Shown one piece after another: positions 1-8,356 of a stretch of 32,000 nt of DNA (position 1 is the first letter of the stretch; every line of letters starts with the position of its first letter). Under the pieces are notes generated by a model that worked only from the letters and a program-made list of their open reading frames with translations, had not been told where the DNA came from and did not search any database. The position numbers were made by a program, and so were the translations under genes. Location: assembly GCF_000012905.2 (NCBI RefSeq), contig NC_007489.1, positions 30,001 to 62,000 on the forward strand, given 5' to 3'. The stretch comes from Cereibacter sphaeroides 2.4.1. Lineage in GTDB: Bacteria; Pseudomonadota; Alphaproteobacteria; Rhodobacterales; Rhodobacteraceae.

Positions 1-1
1 G

Positions 2-193
2 AGCATCGCCCTCCAGCGTCTCGCGGCCGGCTGGTATCTCACCGACGTCACCCTGCAGCGGATCTACCCGGGCGGCCCGGAACGGATGGATATCCTCATC
101 GACCCCTCGCAGATCGAAGCTGCCCTTCAGGCGAAGCTGCGCAACCTCCGGATCAGCGCGAGGACGCCCGCTCCGACCCAGGCCGCGGCCTGA
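2..193 (+). CDS. 3' end of a CDS entering from upstream (hypothetical protein, last 63 codons)
   Basis: Frame 2 is open from the window edge to TGA at 191-193. The translation is SIALQRLAAGWYLTDVTLQRIYPGGPERMDILIDPSQIEAALQAKLRNLRISARTPAPTQAAA, with the strong G/C third-position bias seen in the real genes here. It is missing from the ORF track because it has no start in the window. No family recognised. Confidence 0.4.
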   Translation, partial: SIALQRLAAGWYLTDVTLQRIYPGGPERMDILIDPSQIEAALQAKLRNLRISARTPAPTQAAA

Positions 194-330
194 CAGAAGA
201 GCTCGCGAGCCGCCGAAAACGCCCTTCCCCGAGCGCAGGCGGCTCGCGACGCAAACCAGCACGGCCATCGTGCCTGCGATCAACCCCCTGTTGCGCCCCC
301 CGCGGCACAATCTCTCTTCAAGGAACAGAC

Positions 331-1239
331 ATGTCCACCCATTACGGTTCTTCCGGGCGGAGGCGGCCGAACGCCACTCCCGCGACCTTGCCTGCGCACC
401 CTGCCATGCATCTGGAGGCCCGGCTGCAGGACCTCGACCGCCTTTGGCAGCGGCCGGACCGGGCGCTCCCTCCCGCAACGGCGCACCACTCCTCCACGGC
501 CGCCCTGTCCGCAGCCCCCCTGTCGCATCTGCTGGCGTGCAATGACCTGGGTGCCGCCCTCTGCCAGCATTCCGACAAGCTGAGCCATGCCGATCTGCGT
601 CTCGTGAGCGAAGATGCGGGCTCCCCGCCGCCCGGATCGGTGCAGCTGGACAAGGTTCCGCGCCGGGCCCCCCGGACGCTCTTCCATCTGCACGAATACG
701 GGTTTCCGACAGATCTCTGGTCCTACCGCGAAGGGAACAACATTCGCTTCTTCGTGGCCGCCTACCGCAGCTTCCTGAACATCACGCTGCTGTTCTACTG
801 GACCTGCCATCGGCTCGAGGACGGCAAGCTCGCCTGGTATCGTACGCCCCCGGCCCGGGAGAGGCTCTACGCCCTCGACCGGCTTCTCGCGGCCCCCGGC
901 CAGCCGGTCGTCTTCTGCCTCGACGAAACGAGCCTTGCGGCGGCGGAACGCGCCTTCCCGGACCGCATCGCCACGACCGGAAGTCTCCGGAGCGACGGGG
1001 CCGGAAAACATTTCACGCCTCTTGCAGGCCGTGACGTGGTCATCATGGCCGGCCGGAAGCGACCCTGCCGGGCGGAGGTTCGAGAGATCCGGGAGGCCCT
1101 CATGACTGTCGGCTGCAGGGTCGCCGAAGACGTCCTGCCCGCCCGCGGCCCCCGCCGCGCAAGAAAAGCAGCCGCACAGAAGCCGTCCTCGCGAAGCGCC
1201 CTTCCCGGCGCAGGTCAACTCGCAAATTGCGACTCCTGA
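331..1239 (+). CDS. hypothetical protein, 302 aa; C-terminal half resembles a degenerate Toprim-type module
   Basis: ATG at 331 with G/C-rich third positions throughout. The segment LYALDRLLAAPGQPVVFCLDETS...TTGSL...TPLAGRDVVIMAGRK matches, from memory, the PLYGLDRL..PVLVVEGEK..TSPGG..WSPLAGRRVVIWPDxD layout of plasmid/phage Toprim modules, but the DxD position reads AGRK. The true start could be the internal Met at codon 26. Confidence 0.5.
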   Translation: MSTHYGSSGRRRPNATPATLPAHPAMHLEARLQDLDRLWQRPDRALPPATAHHSSTAALSAAPLSHLLACNDLGAALCQHSDKLSHADLRLVSEDAGSPPPGSVQLDKVPRRAPRTLFHLHEYGFPTDLWSYREGNNIRFFVAAYRSFLNITLLFYWTCHRLEDGKLAWYRTPPARERLYALDRLLAAPGQPVVFCLDETSLAAAERAFPDRIATTGSLRSDGAGKHFTPLAGRDVVIMAGRKRPCRAEVREIREALMTVGCRVAEDVLPARGPRRARKAAAQKPSSRSALPGAGQLANCDS

Positions 1240-1579
1240 GCCGGGCCATCCCCTCACCTGACGAGGCAGGAGGACAGGGGCTCGACGGCGCGCCCCGATC
1301 CCGGCGAGGAATCCGGGGGCCCGGCCGCCGAACCACCCCACAGGACGAGAGCGCGCCGGCTCTCGTCCATCCGGTGCTGGCAGGGCAGCCCCGGCCTGAC
1401 GGTTCGGCAGCCGGGGACGGCTTCGGCGGCTTCCGAGCCATGAACGCCCCGCCATGCTGCCAGTCGCGATCGCCTTGCCGAAGTCATTGCACAGGCAGAC
1501 CAGCCGGTCTCCCGGGCAGGGAAGAAGGCCCTGACGGCCGAGGTGCTGATCTTGCCCTGGCAAAGCCCGTAGTGAGCGG

Positions 1580-1598
1580 TATATACTACATGTATATA
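1580..1598. promoter_or_regulatory. AT-rich palindrome TATATAC-N5-GTATATA, candidate vapBC operator / -10 region
   Basis: A perfect 7-bp inverted repeat forms an isolated AT-rich patch in GC-rich DNA, 30 bp upstream of the proposed vapB GTG start. AbrB-type VapB antitoxins autoregulate at palindromes overlapping their promoter (established knowledge). Confidence 0.3.
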
Positions 1599-1627
1599 TC
1601 TTGGCGCGGTCGGATGGAGGTGCAGAG

Positions 1628-1858
1628 GTGGATCGGGGATCGGTCTTCATGAACAACCGGACACAGGCCATCCGCCTGCCAAAATCAGTTGCCTTGCCGG
1701 AAGGCACGCGGAGCGTCGACATCGTCCGGCTGGGCAGAGCCTGGCTCATCGTGCCGAGCCAGGACAGCTGGGCCCAATGGTTCGATGAGGTCTCTTCGAG
1801 TGAAGACTTCATGGAGCGCCGGAAGCAACCGGACGCCGATGAGCGCGACGATCTCTGA
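1628..1858 (+). CDS. vapB: type II antitoxin VapB (AbrB/SpoVT-fold)
   Basis: The N-terminus VDRGSVFMNNRTQAIRLPKSVALPEG...DIVRLGRAWLIVP...WAQWFD...DFMERRKQP matches the plasmid VapB/MvpA pattern (SNRSQAVRLPKAV...). GTG at 1628 sits 7 nt after GGAGG (1616-1620). The track ORF starts at TTG 1601, and ATG 1649 is an alternative. The stop overlaps the vapC ATG. Confidence 0.85.
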   Translation: MDRGSVFMNNRTQAIRLPKSVALPEGTRSVDIVRLGRAWLIVPSQDSWAQWFDEVSSSEDFMERRKQPDADERDDL

Positions 1859-2265
1859 TGCTGCGCTACATGCTCGACACGAACATCCTGATCTACACGA
1901 TCAGGAACCGGCCCGGCGAGGTCAGGGCAAAGTTCGAGGCCCATCACGGGACCATGTGCATCTCGGCCGCAACCGCGATGGAACTGATATACGGTGCGCA
2001 GAAATCGCAGGCCGTCGAGCGCAACGTGGCGGCGGTCGAGGGACTCCTCGCGCGCCTCGACATTCTGGATCTCGATCTGGCGGCTGCCCAGCATGCCGGG
2101 GAGATCCGGGCGCAGTTGGCGCAGGCAGGGACGCCCATCGGGCCGTTCGACGTGATGATCGCGGGACACGCGCGATCTAAGGGCCTGGTCCTCGTGAGCA
2201 ACAATACGCGGGAATTCGAACGCGTCGACGGCCTGAGACTGGAGAACTGGGTTCAGTCGTCCTGA
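1858..2265 (+). CDS. vapC: type II toxin VapC, PIN-domain ribonuclease
   Basis: MLRYMLDTNILIY (first PIN acidic residue), ELIYGAQKS, GPFDVMIAGHA and LVSNNTREFERV are all classic VapC/MvpT motifs. The ATG overlaps the vapB TGA by 1 nt (TGATG). Confidence 0.93.
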   Translation: MLRYMLDTNILIYTIRNRPGEVRAKFEAHHGTMCISAATAMELIYGAQKSQAVERNVAAVEGLLARLDILDLDLAAAQHAGEIRAQLAQAGTPIGPFDVMIAGHARSKGLVLVSNNTREFERVDGLRLENWVQSS

Positions 2266-2273
2266 GGAGCAGC

Positions 2274-2549
2274 GTGCCTGCTCCTGGGGACCGGGTCCAG
2301 GCGAAACAGAGGCAAGCGCCAGCATGGGGTTTGGCGTTGACGGCTCACCGCGGCGCGTCCGAGAGCGGTGGCTCCTGCATCGAGGTCGAACATCCGGGCG
2401 GCATACGCCTGATGCTCGATGTCGGCTCTCCGCTGGCCGCGCCAGAGGGTACAGCGGGTCTTCTTCCGGTGACACTCGACCGGAAGAGGCTTGCCACCGA
2501 ATGCGCCAGCATCCTCAAAATAGCCAGAGAAGGTCATCCGGACGCCTGA
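2274..2549 (+). pseudogene. possible N-terminal fragment of an MBL-fold hydrolase
   Basis: LTAHRGASESGGSCIEVEHPGGIRLMLDVGSPL resembles the first beta-strands of metallo-beta-lactamase-fold proteins (L.f.G....GgSC.l.e.....ilvDcG). The HxHxDH motif never follows and the frame ends after 91 codons. Confidence 0.3.
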
Positions 2550-2586
2550 CCGGGCGGCCCTACTTTAACCGTCAAGGAGTACGATC

Positions 2587-2745
2587 ATGGACCGCTTGCA
2601 TGGAAAGACCGTCATCGTGACCGGAAGCGCCGTCATGGGCGAGGCCGACGATATCACCTGGGCCGTGGTCTATCTCGCCTCGGACGAGGCGAAGTTCGTG
2701 ACCGGGGCCGATCTGGTTGTGGACGGCGGCTACACCGCGCGATGA
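2587..2745 (+). pseudogene. internally deleted short-chain dehydrogenase/reductase relic (52 aa)
   Basis: The translation is MDRLHGKTVIVTGSAVMGEADDITWAVVYLASDEAKFVTGADLVVDGGYTAR. It joins the SDR N-terminal Rossmann start (L.GK.v.VTG) directly to the SDR C-terminal tail (..di..av.fLaSdea.fvtG..l.vDGG). AGGAG lies at 2574-2578. The stop overlaps the ATPase start (ATGA at 2742-2745). Confidence 0.55.
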
Positions 2746-5378
2746 ACCGGCCGATGCTCCTTACGGACCCGCACAGCCGCCCCGCCGAAGCCTGCCTTGA
2801 AGCCCTCGACGTTTGCCCCAGTGGCCTCACCGACGCCGAAGCCGCCGCCCGACTGGCGCGCCACGGTCCGAACCGCCTGCCCGAGGCGCGCACGCGCGGC
2901 CCGGTCCGACGCTTCCTCGCCCAGTTCAACAATGTGCTGATCCATGTGCTGCTCGTGGCCTCGGTCGTGACGGCTGCGCTGCAGCACTGGGTCGACACCG
3001 GCGTGATCCTGGCGGTCGTTCTGGCCAATGCGGTCATCGGCTTCATCCAGGAGGGCAAGGCGGAATCCGCCATGGCAGCGATCCGCGGGATGCTGGCCCC
3101 CCACGCCGCCGTCCTGCGCAACGGACGGCGCGTCTCGATCGACGGCGCTCATCTCGTGCCCGGCGACATTGTCCTGCTGGAGGCCGGCGACAAGGCCCCG
3201 GCCGACCTGCGCCTGATCGAGGCGCGCGGCCTCGCGGCGCAGGAGGCGATCCTGACGGGCGAGTCCGTCCCGGTCGAGAAGGCGACCTACCCCGTCGCGG
3301 CCGATGCCCCGCTCGGTGATCGGCGCTCGATGCTCTGGTCGGGCACGTTGGTAACGCAGGGCGCGGCCCGCGGCGTCGTCACCGCCACCGGCGCCGCAAC
3401 CGAGATCGGGCGGATCGGCGGCCTCCTGGCGGGGGTGGAGCAGCTGACCACGCCGCTCGTCGCGCAGATGGACCATTTCGCGCGCTGGCTGTCTTTCCTG
3501 ATCCTGCTCGTCGCGGCCCTTCTCCTGCTCTGGGGCTATTTCGTCGGCCACATGGTGTTCGTCGATCTGTTCATGACCGTCGTCGCCATCGCCGTGGCCG
3601 CCATCCCCGAGGGCATGCCGGCGGTGATGACGATCACGCTGGCGATCGGCGTTCAGGCCATGGCACGGCGCAACGCCATCGTGCGCCGCCTGCCGGCGAT
3701 CGAATCCATCGGCTCGGTCTCGGTCATCTGCACCGACAAGACCGGCACGCTGACGCGCAACGAGATGGTGGTGGTCGCCGCGGAAACGCCCCAGGGCGCC
3801 TTCCGCATCGCCGGCGAGGGCTATGCCCCCAGCGGCGAGATCACCCCTCCGGGCGACCTGACGCGGCTGGCCCGCGCGGCCGCGCTGTGCAACGACGCGG
3901 CCCTGCACGACCGGAGCGGCGTCTGGTCGGCCGAGGGCGACCCGATGGAGGGGGCGCTGCTGGCCTTCGCGGGAAAGGCCGCCAGTGGCCCTGCCGCGAC
4001 CCGGCTGGATGCCATTCCCTTCGACAGCCGCCATCGCTTCATGGCGGTGCTGACGGAAGGCTCCGGGGGCCGGATGATCCATGTGAAGGGCGCGCCCGAA
4101 CGCGTCCTGAGCATGTGCCGCGATGCAGACCATGCCCACTGGCACGACCGCGCCGAGGCGATGGCGCGGCGTGGCCTCCGTGTGCTGGCGCTGGCGGAGA
4201 AGCCCGAGGACAGCGCCCACATTGACGCGGCCGTGCTGGAAGGCGGGCTCTCCTTCCTCGGTCTCGTCGGGCTGATCGACCCTCCGCGCCCCGAGGCCGT
4301 GGCCGCCGTGGCCGAATGCCGCGCCGCCGGCATCCGGGTCAAGATGATCACGGGCGACCACGCGGGCACTGCCGCAGCCATCGCCGCGCAGATCGGGCTG
4401 GAGAACCCGCATCGTGTGCTGACCGGGGCCGACCTCGACCGGCTGGACGAGGCGCAACTGGCGCTGGAGGTGCAGGGCGTCGACGTCTTCGCCCGCACCA
4501 GCCCCGAGGACAAGCTGCGCCTCGTCACCGCGCTGCAGGCAAACGGCCTGTCGGTCGCCATGACCGGCGACGGGGTGAACGACGCGCCTGCCCTGAAGCG
4601 CGCCGACGCCGGCATCGCCATGGGCCTCAAGGGATCCGAGGCGGCGAAGGAGGCCGCCGATCTGGTGCTGGCCGACGACAACTTCGCCACCCTCGCGGCA
4701 GCGGTGCGCGAAGGGCGCACCGTCTACGACAACCTCAAGAAGGTCATCAGCTGGACCCTTCCCACGAATGCGGGCGAGGCGCTGGTGGTGATTACCGCGT
4801 TGGTGGCGGGCATGGCTCTGCCCATGTCCGCGGTGCAGATCCTCTGGATCAACCTGATCACCGGCATCACCCTGGGCCTTGCCCTTGCGTTCGAGCCGAC
4901 CGAGAGGGGCACCATGGCCCGCCCGCCCCGCCCGCGCGAGGCGCCGATCCTCTCAGGCGAGCTGGTGTGGCATGTGGTGCTGGTGGCCGTCCTGTTCCTC
5001 GCTGCGGTCTTCGGCATGTTCACCTATGCGCTGGACAAGGGCTATGCGCTTCCGCTCGCCCAGACCATCGCGTTGAACACGCTGGTGGTGCTGGAGATCT
5101 GCCATCTCTTCTTCATCCGCAACATTCACGGCACCTCGCTGACCTGGGCCGCCGTGCGGGGGACGAAAGTGGTCTGGATCGTGGTGATCGCCATCACCCT
5201 GGCGCAATTCGCCGTCACCTATGTGCCGTTCCTGCAGCGCATTCTCGGGACTGAGGCGGTTCCGCTGGCGGACGGGCTGCTTGTCGTTGCCGTCGGCGCG
5301 ATCTTTCTGGCCATCGTCGAGATCGAGAAGCAGATCCGGCTCGGTCTCAGGCGGACCAAGGGAGAAACGAAGGGGTGA
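2742..5378 (+). CDS. cation-transporting P-type ATPase (P2-like, Ca2+/Mg2+-type)
   Basis: The 878-aa product carries an N-terminal GLTDAEAAARLARHGPNRL cation-ATPase-N motif, TGES, PEGMP in TM4, the phosphorylation motif DKTGTLT, MITGDH, the hinge TGDGVNDAPALKRADAGIAMG, and multiple C-terminal TM segments. Confidence 0.95.
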   Translation: MNRPMLLTDPHSRPAEACLEALDVCPSGLTDAEAAARLARHGPNRLPEARTRGPVRRFLAQFNNVLIHVLLVASVVTAALQHWVDTGVILAVVLANAVIGFIQEGKAESAMAAIRGMLAPHAAVLRNGRRVSIDGAHLVPGDIVLLEAGDKAPADLRLIEARGLAAQEAILTGESVPVEKATYPVAADAPLGDRRSMLWSGTLVTQGAARGVVTATGAATEIGRIGGLLAGVEQLTTPLVAQMDHFARWLSFLILLVAALLLLWGYFVGHMVFVDLFMTVVAIAVAAIPEGMPAVMTITLAIGVQAMARRNAIVRRLPAIESIGSVSVICTDKTGTLTRNEMVVVAAETPQGAFRIAGEGYAPSGEITPPGDLTRLARAAALCNDAALHDRSGVWSAEGDPMEGALLAFAGKAASGPAATRLDAIPFDSRHRFMAVLTEGSGGRMIHVKGAPERVLSMCRDADHAHWHDRAEAMARRGLRVLALAEKPEDSAHIDAAVLEGGLSFLGLVGLIDPPRPEAVAAVAECRAAGIRVKMITGDHAGTAAAIAAQIGLENPHRVLTGADLDRLDEAQLALEVQGVDVFARTSPEDKLRLVTALQANGLSVAMTGDGVNDAPALKRADAGIAMGLKGSEAAKEAADLVLADDNFATLAAAVREGRTVYDNLKKVISWTLPTNAGEALVVITALVAGMALPMSAVQILWINLITGITLGLALAFEPTERGTMARPPRPREAPILSGELVWHVVLVAVLFLAAVFGMFTYALDKGYALPLAQTIALNTLVVLEICHLFFIRNIHGTSLTWAAVRGTKVVWIVVIAITLAQFAVTYVPFLQRILGTEAVPLADGLLVVAVGAIFLAIVEIEKQIRLGLRRTKGETKG

Positions 5379-5430
5379 GATACTCCGGGGCAGGTCCACC
5401 TGCTCCCCTCTCCGTGAGCGCGAGACCGGC

Positions 5431-5577
5431 ATGATGCAGCGGACCTTCCGCCTGCCGGCCGGAGTGGCCACCGAGGCCGTCGCCGCGCGCTACCAGAACG
5501 GCGTGCTGACGATCACCCTGCCAAAGACAGCCGATGCCCGGGAGAAGGAACGCAAGATCGAGGTTCAGGCCGCCTGA
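5431..5577 (+). pseudogene. C-terminal fragment of an Hsp20/alpha-crystallin small heat-shock protein (48 aa)
   Basis: MMQRTFRLPAGVATEAVAARYQNGVLTITLPKTADAREKERKIEVQAA matches the last beta-strands of the alpha-crystallin domain (F.R.f.LP..v....i.A.y.nGVL.i.lPK......I.i). The N-terminal two thirds of the domain are missing. Confidence 0.55.
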
Positions 5578-5615
5578 CGCCCTGAGCTCGTTCCCCCGAG
5601 CGGCGGCCCGAGGGG

Positions 5616-5648
5616 CAGGAGTCTCGCTAGCCGAGACTCCTGTTTCTC
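5616..5648 (+). terminator. Rho-independent terminator after the Hsp20 relic
   Basis: An 11-bp perfect stem CAGGAGTCTCG / CGAGACTCCTG with loop CTAGC is followed by TTTCTC. Confidence 0.6.
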
Positions 5649-5882
5649 AGGGAGGGGATGGCTTCCGCCCGAGTGGGCTGGGACGGAGCATGCCGAGGCT
5701 CGCAGGGCACCGCCCGGAAGCGGACGGTTCGCCCATGAAGGACAGCTTGAAGCGGGTCTGATACCGAGCGGAGCAGAAGGACACCCGACGCGCGGCTGCA
5801 ACGGCAGTTGGTGTCTTACAGACATCTCGCCATCCGTCCACCAGACTGCGGTCACATAAGATGGGCGAGTCCAAGGGCGTGA

Positions 5883-7913
5883 TCAACAGGGGTCATGCCT
5901 CAAGAAATCGTCCAGAGCCGTGATGAAGATGTTGTCTTCATAGAGCGCTTGCCCGCGGTCGCGCAGCGTGGTGGAGCAGTAGCGGCGATAGTCCGTGTCA
6001 TTCCCCAAAGCGATCAACTTATTGATGTACTCATCGATAGATGCAGCCACAAATTCGTCTGCTTGCATCCTTTGGAGGATGGCCGATGTGTGCCTGCCCC
6101 TCATGAAGTCGCCCGGCATTGTAGCGAGGGGGAGGGCGTCCCGGACGGCCGCGAGACTGGTGTTGCCGCCGCTCCAGCCCAGGCTGTCTACGACGACATC
6201 CATCGACCGCATCAGCCGGTTGAAGTCTTCAGAGCTGCGCCGTGGCAGAAACAGGACAAATCTGTCGGCGTCGAGCCCGAAGCGCCGGAATGCGCCCTGT
6301 AGACGCTCGCGCAGGACGGCCGTCATATAGGATGGCTTGCCCTCGAGAAACACAAACAGCGCCTTCGGAACTTCCAATGCGATACGCGGGAACAAGTCGT
6401 CGTAGCGCGGAAGATACTTGAAGAGCGACTGCAGGCAGCCGTAGAGGATCCGGTCTTCCCGAAGTCGCGGCGCGGGTTCAGCCAGTCCCTGCTGGCATGG
6501 ATCCAGATACAGCGCCAAGTTCGGCAGTCGCAAGAGCCTCTCGCTGTAGTGCGCCTGCGCGCCCTCTGGCTCCATCAGGTCGCTGGAGAGGAAGAAATCC
6601 ATTTGGGTCGAACCGGTAGTCACCGGATGTCCCCATGCAGTGAATTGCGTCCGGGCAATGCGATGCAGTGACAGGATGCGGCTGACACTGGTCATTCCGA
6701 CGTCCGGCAGCATGAGGAAGTCCAGATCGTCCGCCCGCATGACGTTCACGACCGTCTCGAATGCCATCGGGTCGAAGCGCAGAGTGCGATGCGTCCCCAG
6801 AGCCGCAAACCGGCGCGAAAGATCATCACTTTCCGACTGGAAGCAATAGGTGAAGAACTCGTAATCGGCCTTGGGCAAGTGGCTCAACCAGCCATAGGCC
6901 CAGTTCGCAGCGTTGTGGTTTCTCAGGAAGTGCGAAGCGATACCAAGCCGGATCCGGTGCCGGCCTCCGGGTCTGTGCGCCGGGGGCGTGTTCAAGATGC
7001 CGAGGAGCTGCGTCAGGACAGTCGACAGGCGCTCCATCAAAGGCCGGTCGTTCTGCTGGTGGTAGGCGATGTAGAAGCCGGTGATCTTGGTCGCCGCGCG
7101 CCGCATCACTGCCCGCTCACCCATTTTCTGCGGGTCCGTATCTTCCAAACGTTGCGCCAACCCCGCCAGAACCTGCTCGATCCGGTTGCGCATGCGCGAG
7201 AGTTCCTCTTCCGAGCGGAAGATGGCCGGCTGGCACTCGATGGACAGCAGGTTCACGCATTCCTCGACCCAGGCGCCGATGCCGTGGAGATTGAGCGCCG
7301 CAGCCTGCAATTCCTGCCGGTAGCAGGACAGGGCAGCATCCATCTGCCCCATTTCCTTCAGCGTATTTCCGAGGTTTGCGGCAGCTTCTGCAAACTCGGG
7401 CTTCAGATCCAAGGCCCGCCTGTAGCTGTCGGCAGCCGCCTCGATCTGTCCGTCTGCCCTGAGCAGGATGCCGAGATTGTTGTGGGCTTCGGCGAAGGCC
7501 GGGTTCAGGTGGACTGCCTGCCTGTAGCTTGCCAGGGCTTCATCGAGGAAGCCAAGGTCTCTTAACGCCAGGCCGAGCATGTTGTGGGCTTCGGCGTACC
7601 CCGGCCGCAGGGCGATCGCCTGCCTCAGGCTCGCGATCGCCTCGCCGGGCCGACCCAGCTGCCGGAGCGCGGCGCCCAGGTTGTTATGGGCCTCGGGATA
7701 GTGCGGCCTCAGATGCAGCGCCCTGCGGTAGCACGCGCTCGCCGACTCGAGTTCCTCGCCCTCGCTCAGCGCACAGCCGAGGTTGTAATGCGCCTCCGCA
7801 TAGGCGGGCTTGAGCTTCAGAGCCTCGCTGTAGCATCCGATCGCCTCCTTCAGGCGTTCTTCAGGGCACGGTGCGCCTTGCCCTTGTGGGGCAATCAGAG
7901 ATGAAAAGCTCAT
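5883..7913 (-). CDS. TPR-repeat protein with C-terminal GT41 (O-GlcNAc transferase / SPINDLY-like) glycosyltransferase domain
   Basis: The N-terminal half has five clear TPR units with the recurring signature AEAHxNLGxAL...A...Y..AL.L.P. The C-terminal part (IRLGIASHFLRNH..., TAWGHPVTTGSTQMDFFLSSDLMEP, YSERLLRLPNL, LYGCLQSLFKYLPRYD, DSLGWSGGNTSLAAV, LPLATMPGDFMRGRHTSAIL) follows the bacterial SPINDLY-family OGT pattern. ATG at 7913. Confidence 0.85.
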   Translation of the reverse strand: MSFSSLIAPQGQGAPCPEERLKEAIGCYSEALKLKPAYAEAHYNLGCALSEGEELESASACYRRALHLRPHYPEAHNNLGAALRQLGRPGEAIASLRQAIALRPGYAEAHNMLGLALRDLGFLDEALASYRQAVHLNPAFAEAHNNLGILLRADGQIEAAADSYRRALDLKPEFAEAAANLGNTLKEMGQMDAALSCYRQELQAAALNLHGIGAWVEECVNLLSIECQPAIFRSEEELSRMRNRIEQVLAGLAQRLEDTDPQKMGERAVMRRAATKITGFYIAYHQQNDRPLMERLSTVLTQLLGILNTPPAHRPGGRHRIRLGIASHFLRNHNAANWAYGWLSHLPKADYEFFTYCFQSESDDLSRRFAALGTHRTLRFDPMAFETVVNVMRADDLDFLMLPDVGMTSVSRILSLHRIARTQFTAWGHPVTTGSTQMDFFLSSDLMEPEGAQAHYSERLLRLPNLALYLDPCQQGLAEPAPRLREDRILYGCLQSLFKYLPRYDDLFPRIALEVPKALFVFLEGKPSYMTAVLRERLQGAFRRFGLDADRFVLFLPRRSSEDFNRLMRSMDVVVDSLGWSGGNTSLAAVRDALPLATMPGDFMRGRHTSAILQRMQADEFVAASIDEYINKLIALGNDTDYRRYCSTTLRDRGQALYEDNIFITALDDFLRHDPC

Positions 7914-7966
7914 TTGGCCTTCACATTGAGCCCATATGCACTATCTTGAGAGCAATGGAGGCCGAT

Positions 7967-8356
7967 ATGCACGTTGCAGAGAAAATCCGGGAACCTGCCC
8001 AGATCAACGCCGTGGCGTTGAAAGCCTATGCCCGCATTGCCCAGGCCTGGGGCCTCAGCCTGAAGGAAGCGGCCGGCCTCGCCGACATGTCGGAAAGCAC
8101 ATGGAAGCGCGCCAGGAAGCCGGATTTCGCAGGAGAACTGACCAAGGATCAACTCCTTCGGCTGAGTGCCGTGATCGGCATCTACAAGTCGCTCGAACTC
8201 TACTTCTCCGAACCCCTCGCCAGATGCTGGTTCATCACCCCAAATACCGGGCCGCTGTTCGGTGGCAGCCGTCCAGTAGACACCGCCATCGAAGGCGGGC
8301 TGCCGCAGATCCTCGCGGTGCGGACCTATCTTGACGCCTTGCGCGGTGGGGCATGA
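7967..8356 (+). CDS. Xre-family antitoxin with DUF2384 toxin-binding domain (ParS/MbcA-like)
   Basis: It has an HTH-like region (LSLKEAAGLADMSESTWKRARK) followed by the DUF2384-type C-terminus (LLRLSAVIGIYKSLELYF...WFITPNTGPLFGGSRPVD...GGLPQILAVRTYLDALRGG). ATG 7967 sits 5 nt after GGAGG, and ATG 7955 is an alternative. The stop overlaps the RES gene start (ATGA). Confidence 0.85.
   Translation: MHVAEKIREPAQINAVALKAYARIAQAWGLSLKEAAGLADMSESTWKRARKPDFAGELTKDQLLRLSAVIGIYKSLELYFSEPLARCWFITPNTGPLFGGSRPVDTAIEGGLPQILAVRTYLDALRGGA

Noticed and set aside
280-2475. A 731-aa minus-strand ORF spans the hypothetical gene, vapB, vapC and the MBL fragment.
   Set aside because: Its composition is Arg/Gly/Pro-rich. 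It runs antisense to clearly recognisable vapBC. It is a typical long shadow ORF of high-GC DNA.
2730-4720. Minus-strand ORFs of 575 aa and 299 aa, plus several plus-strand out-of-frame ORFs, lie inside the ATPase region.
   Set aside because: All overlap the P-type ATPase frame, which carries every diagnostic motif. Their translations are low-complexity and R/A/G/P-rich.
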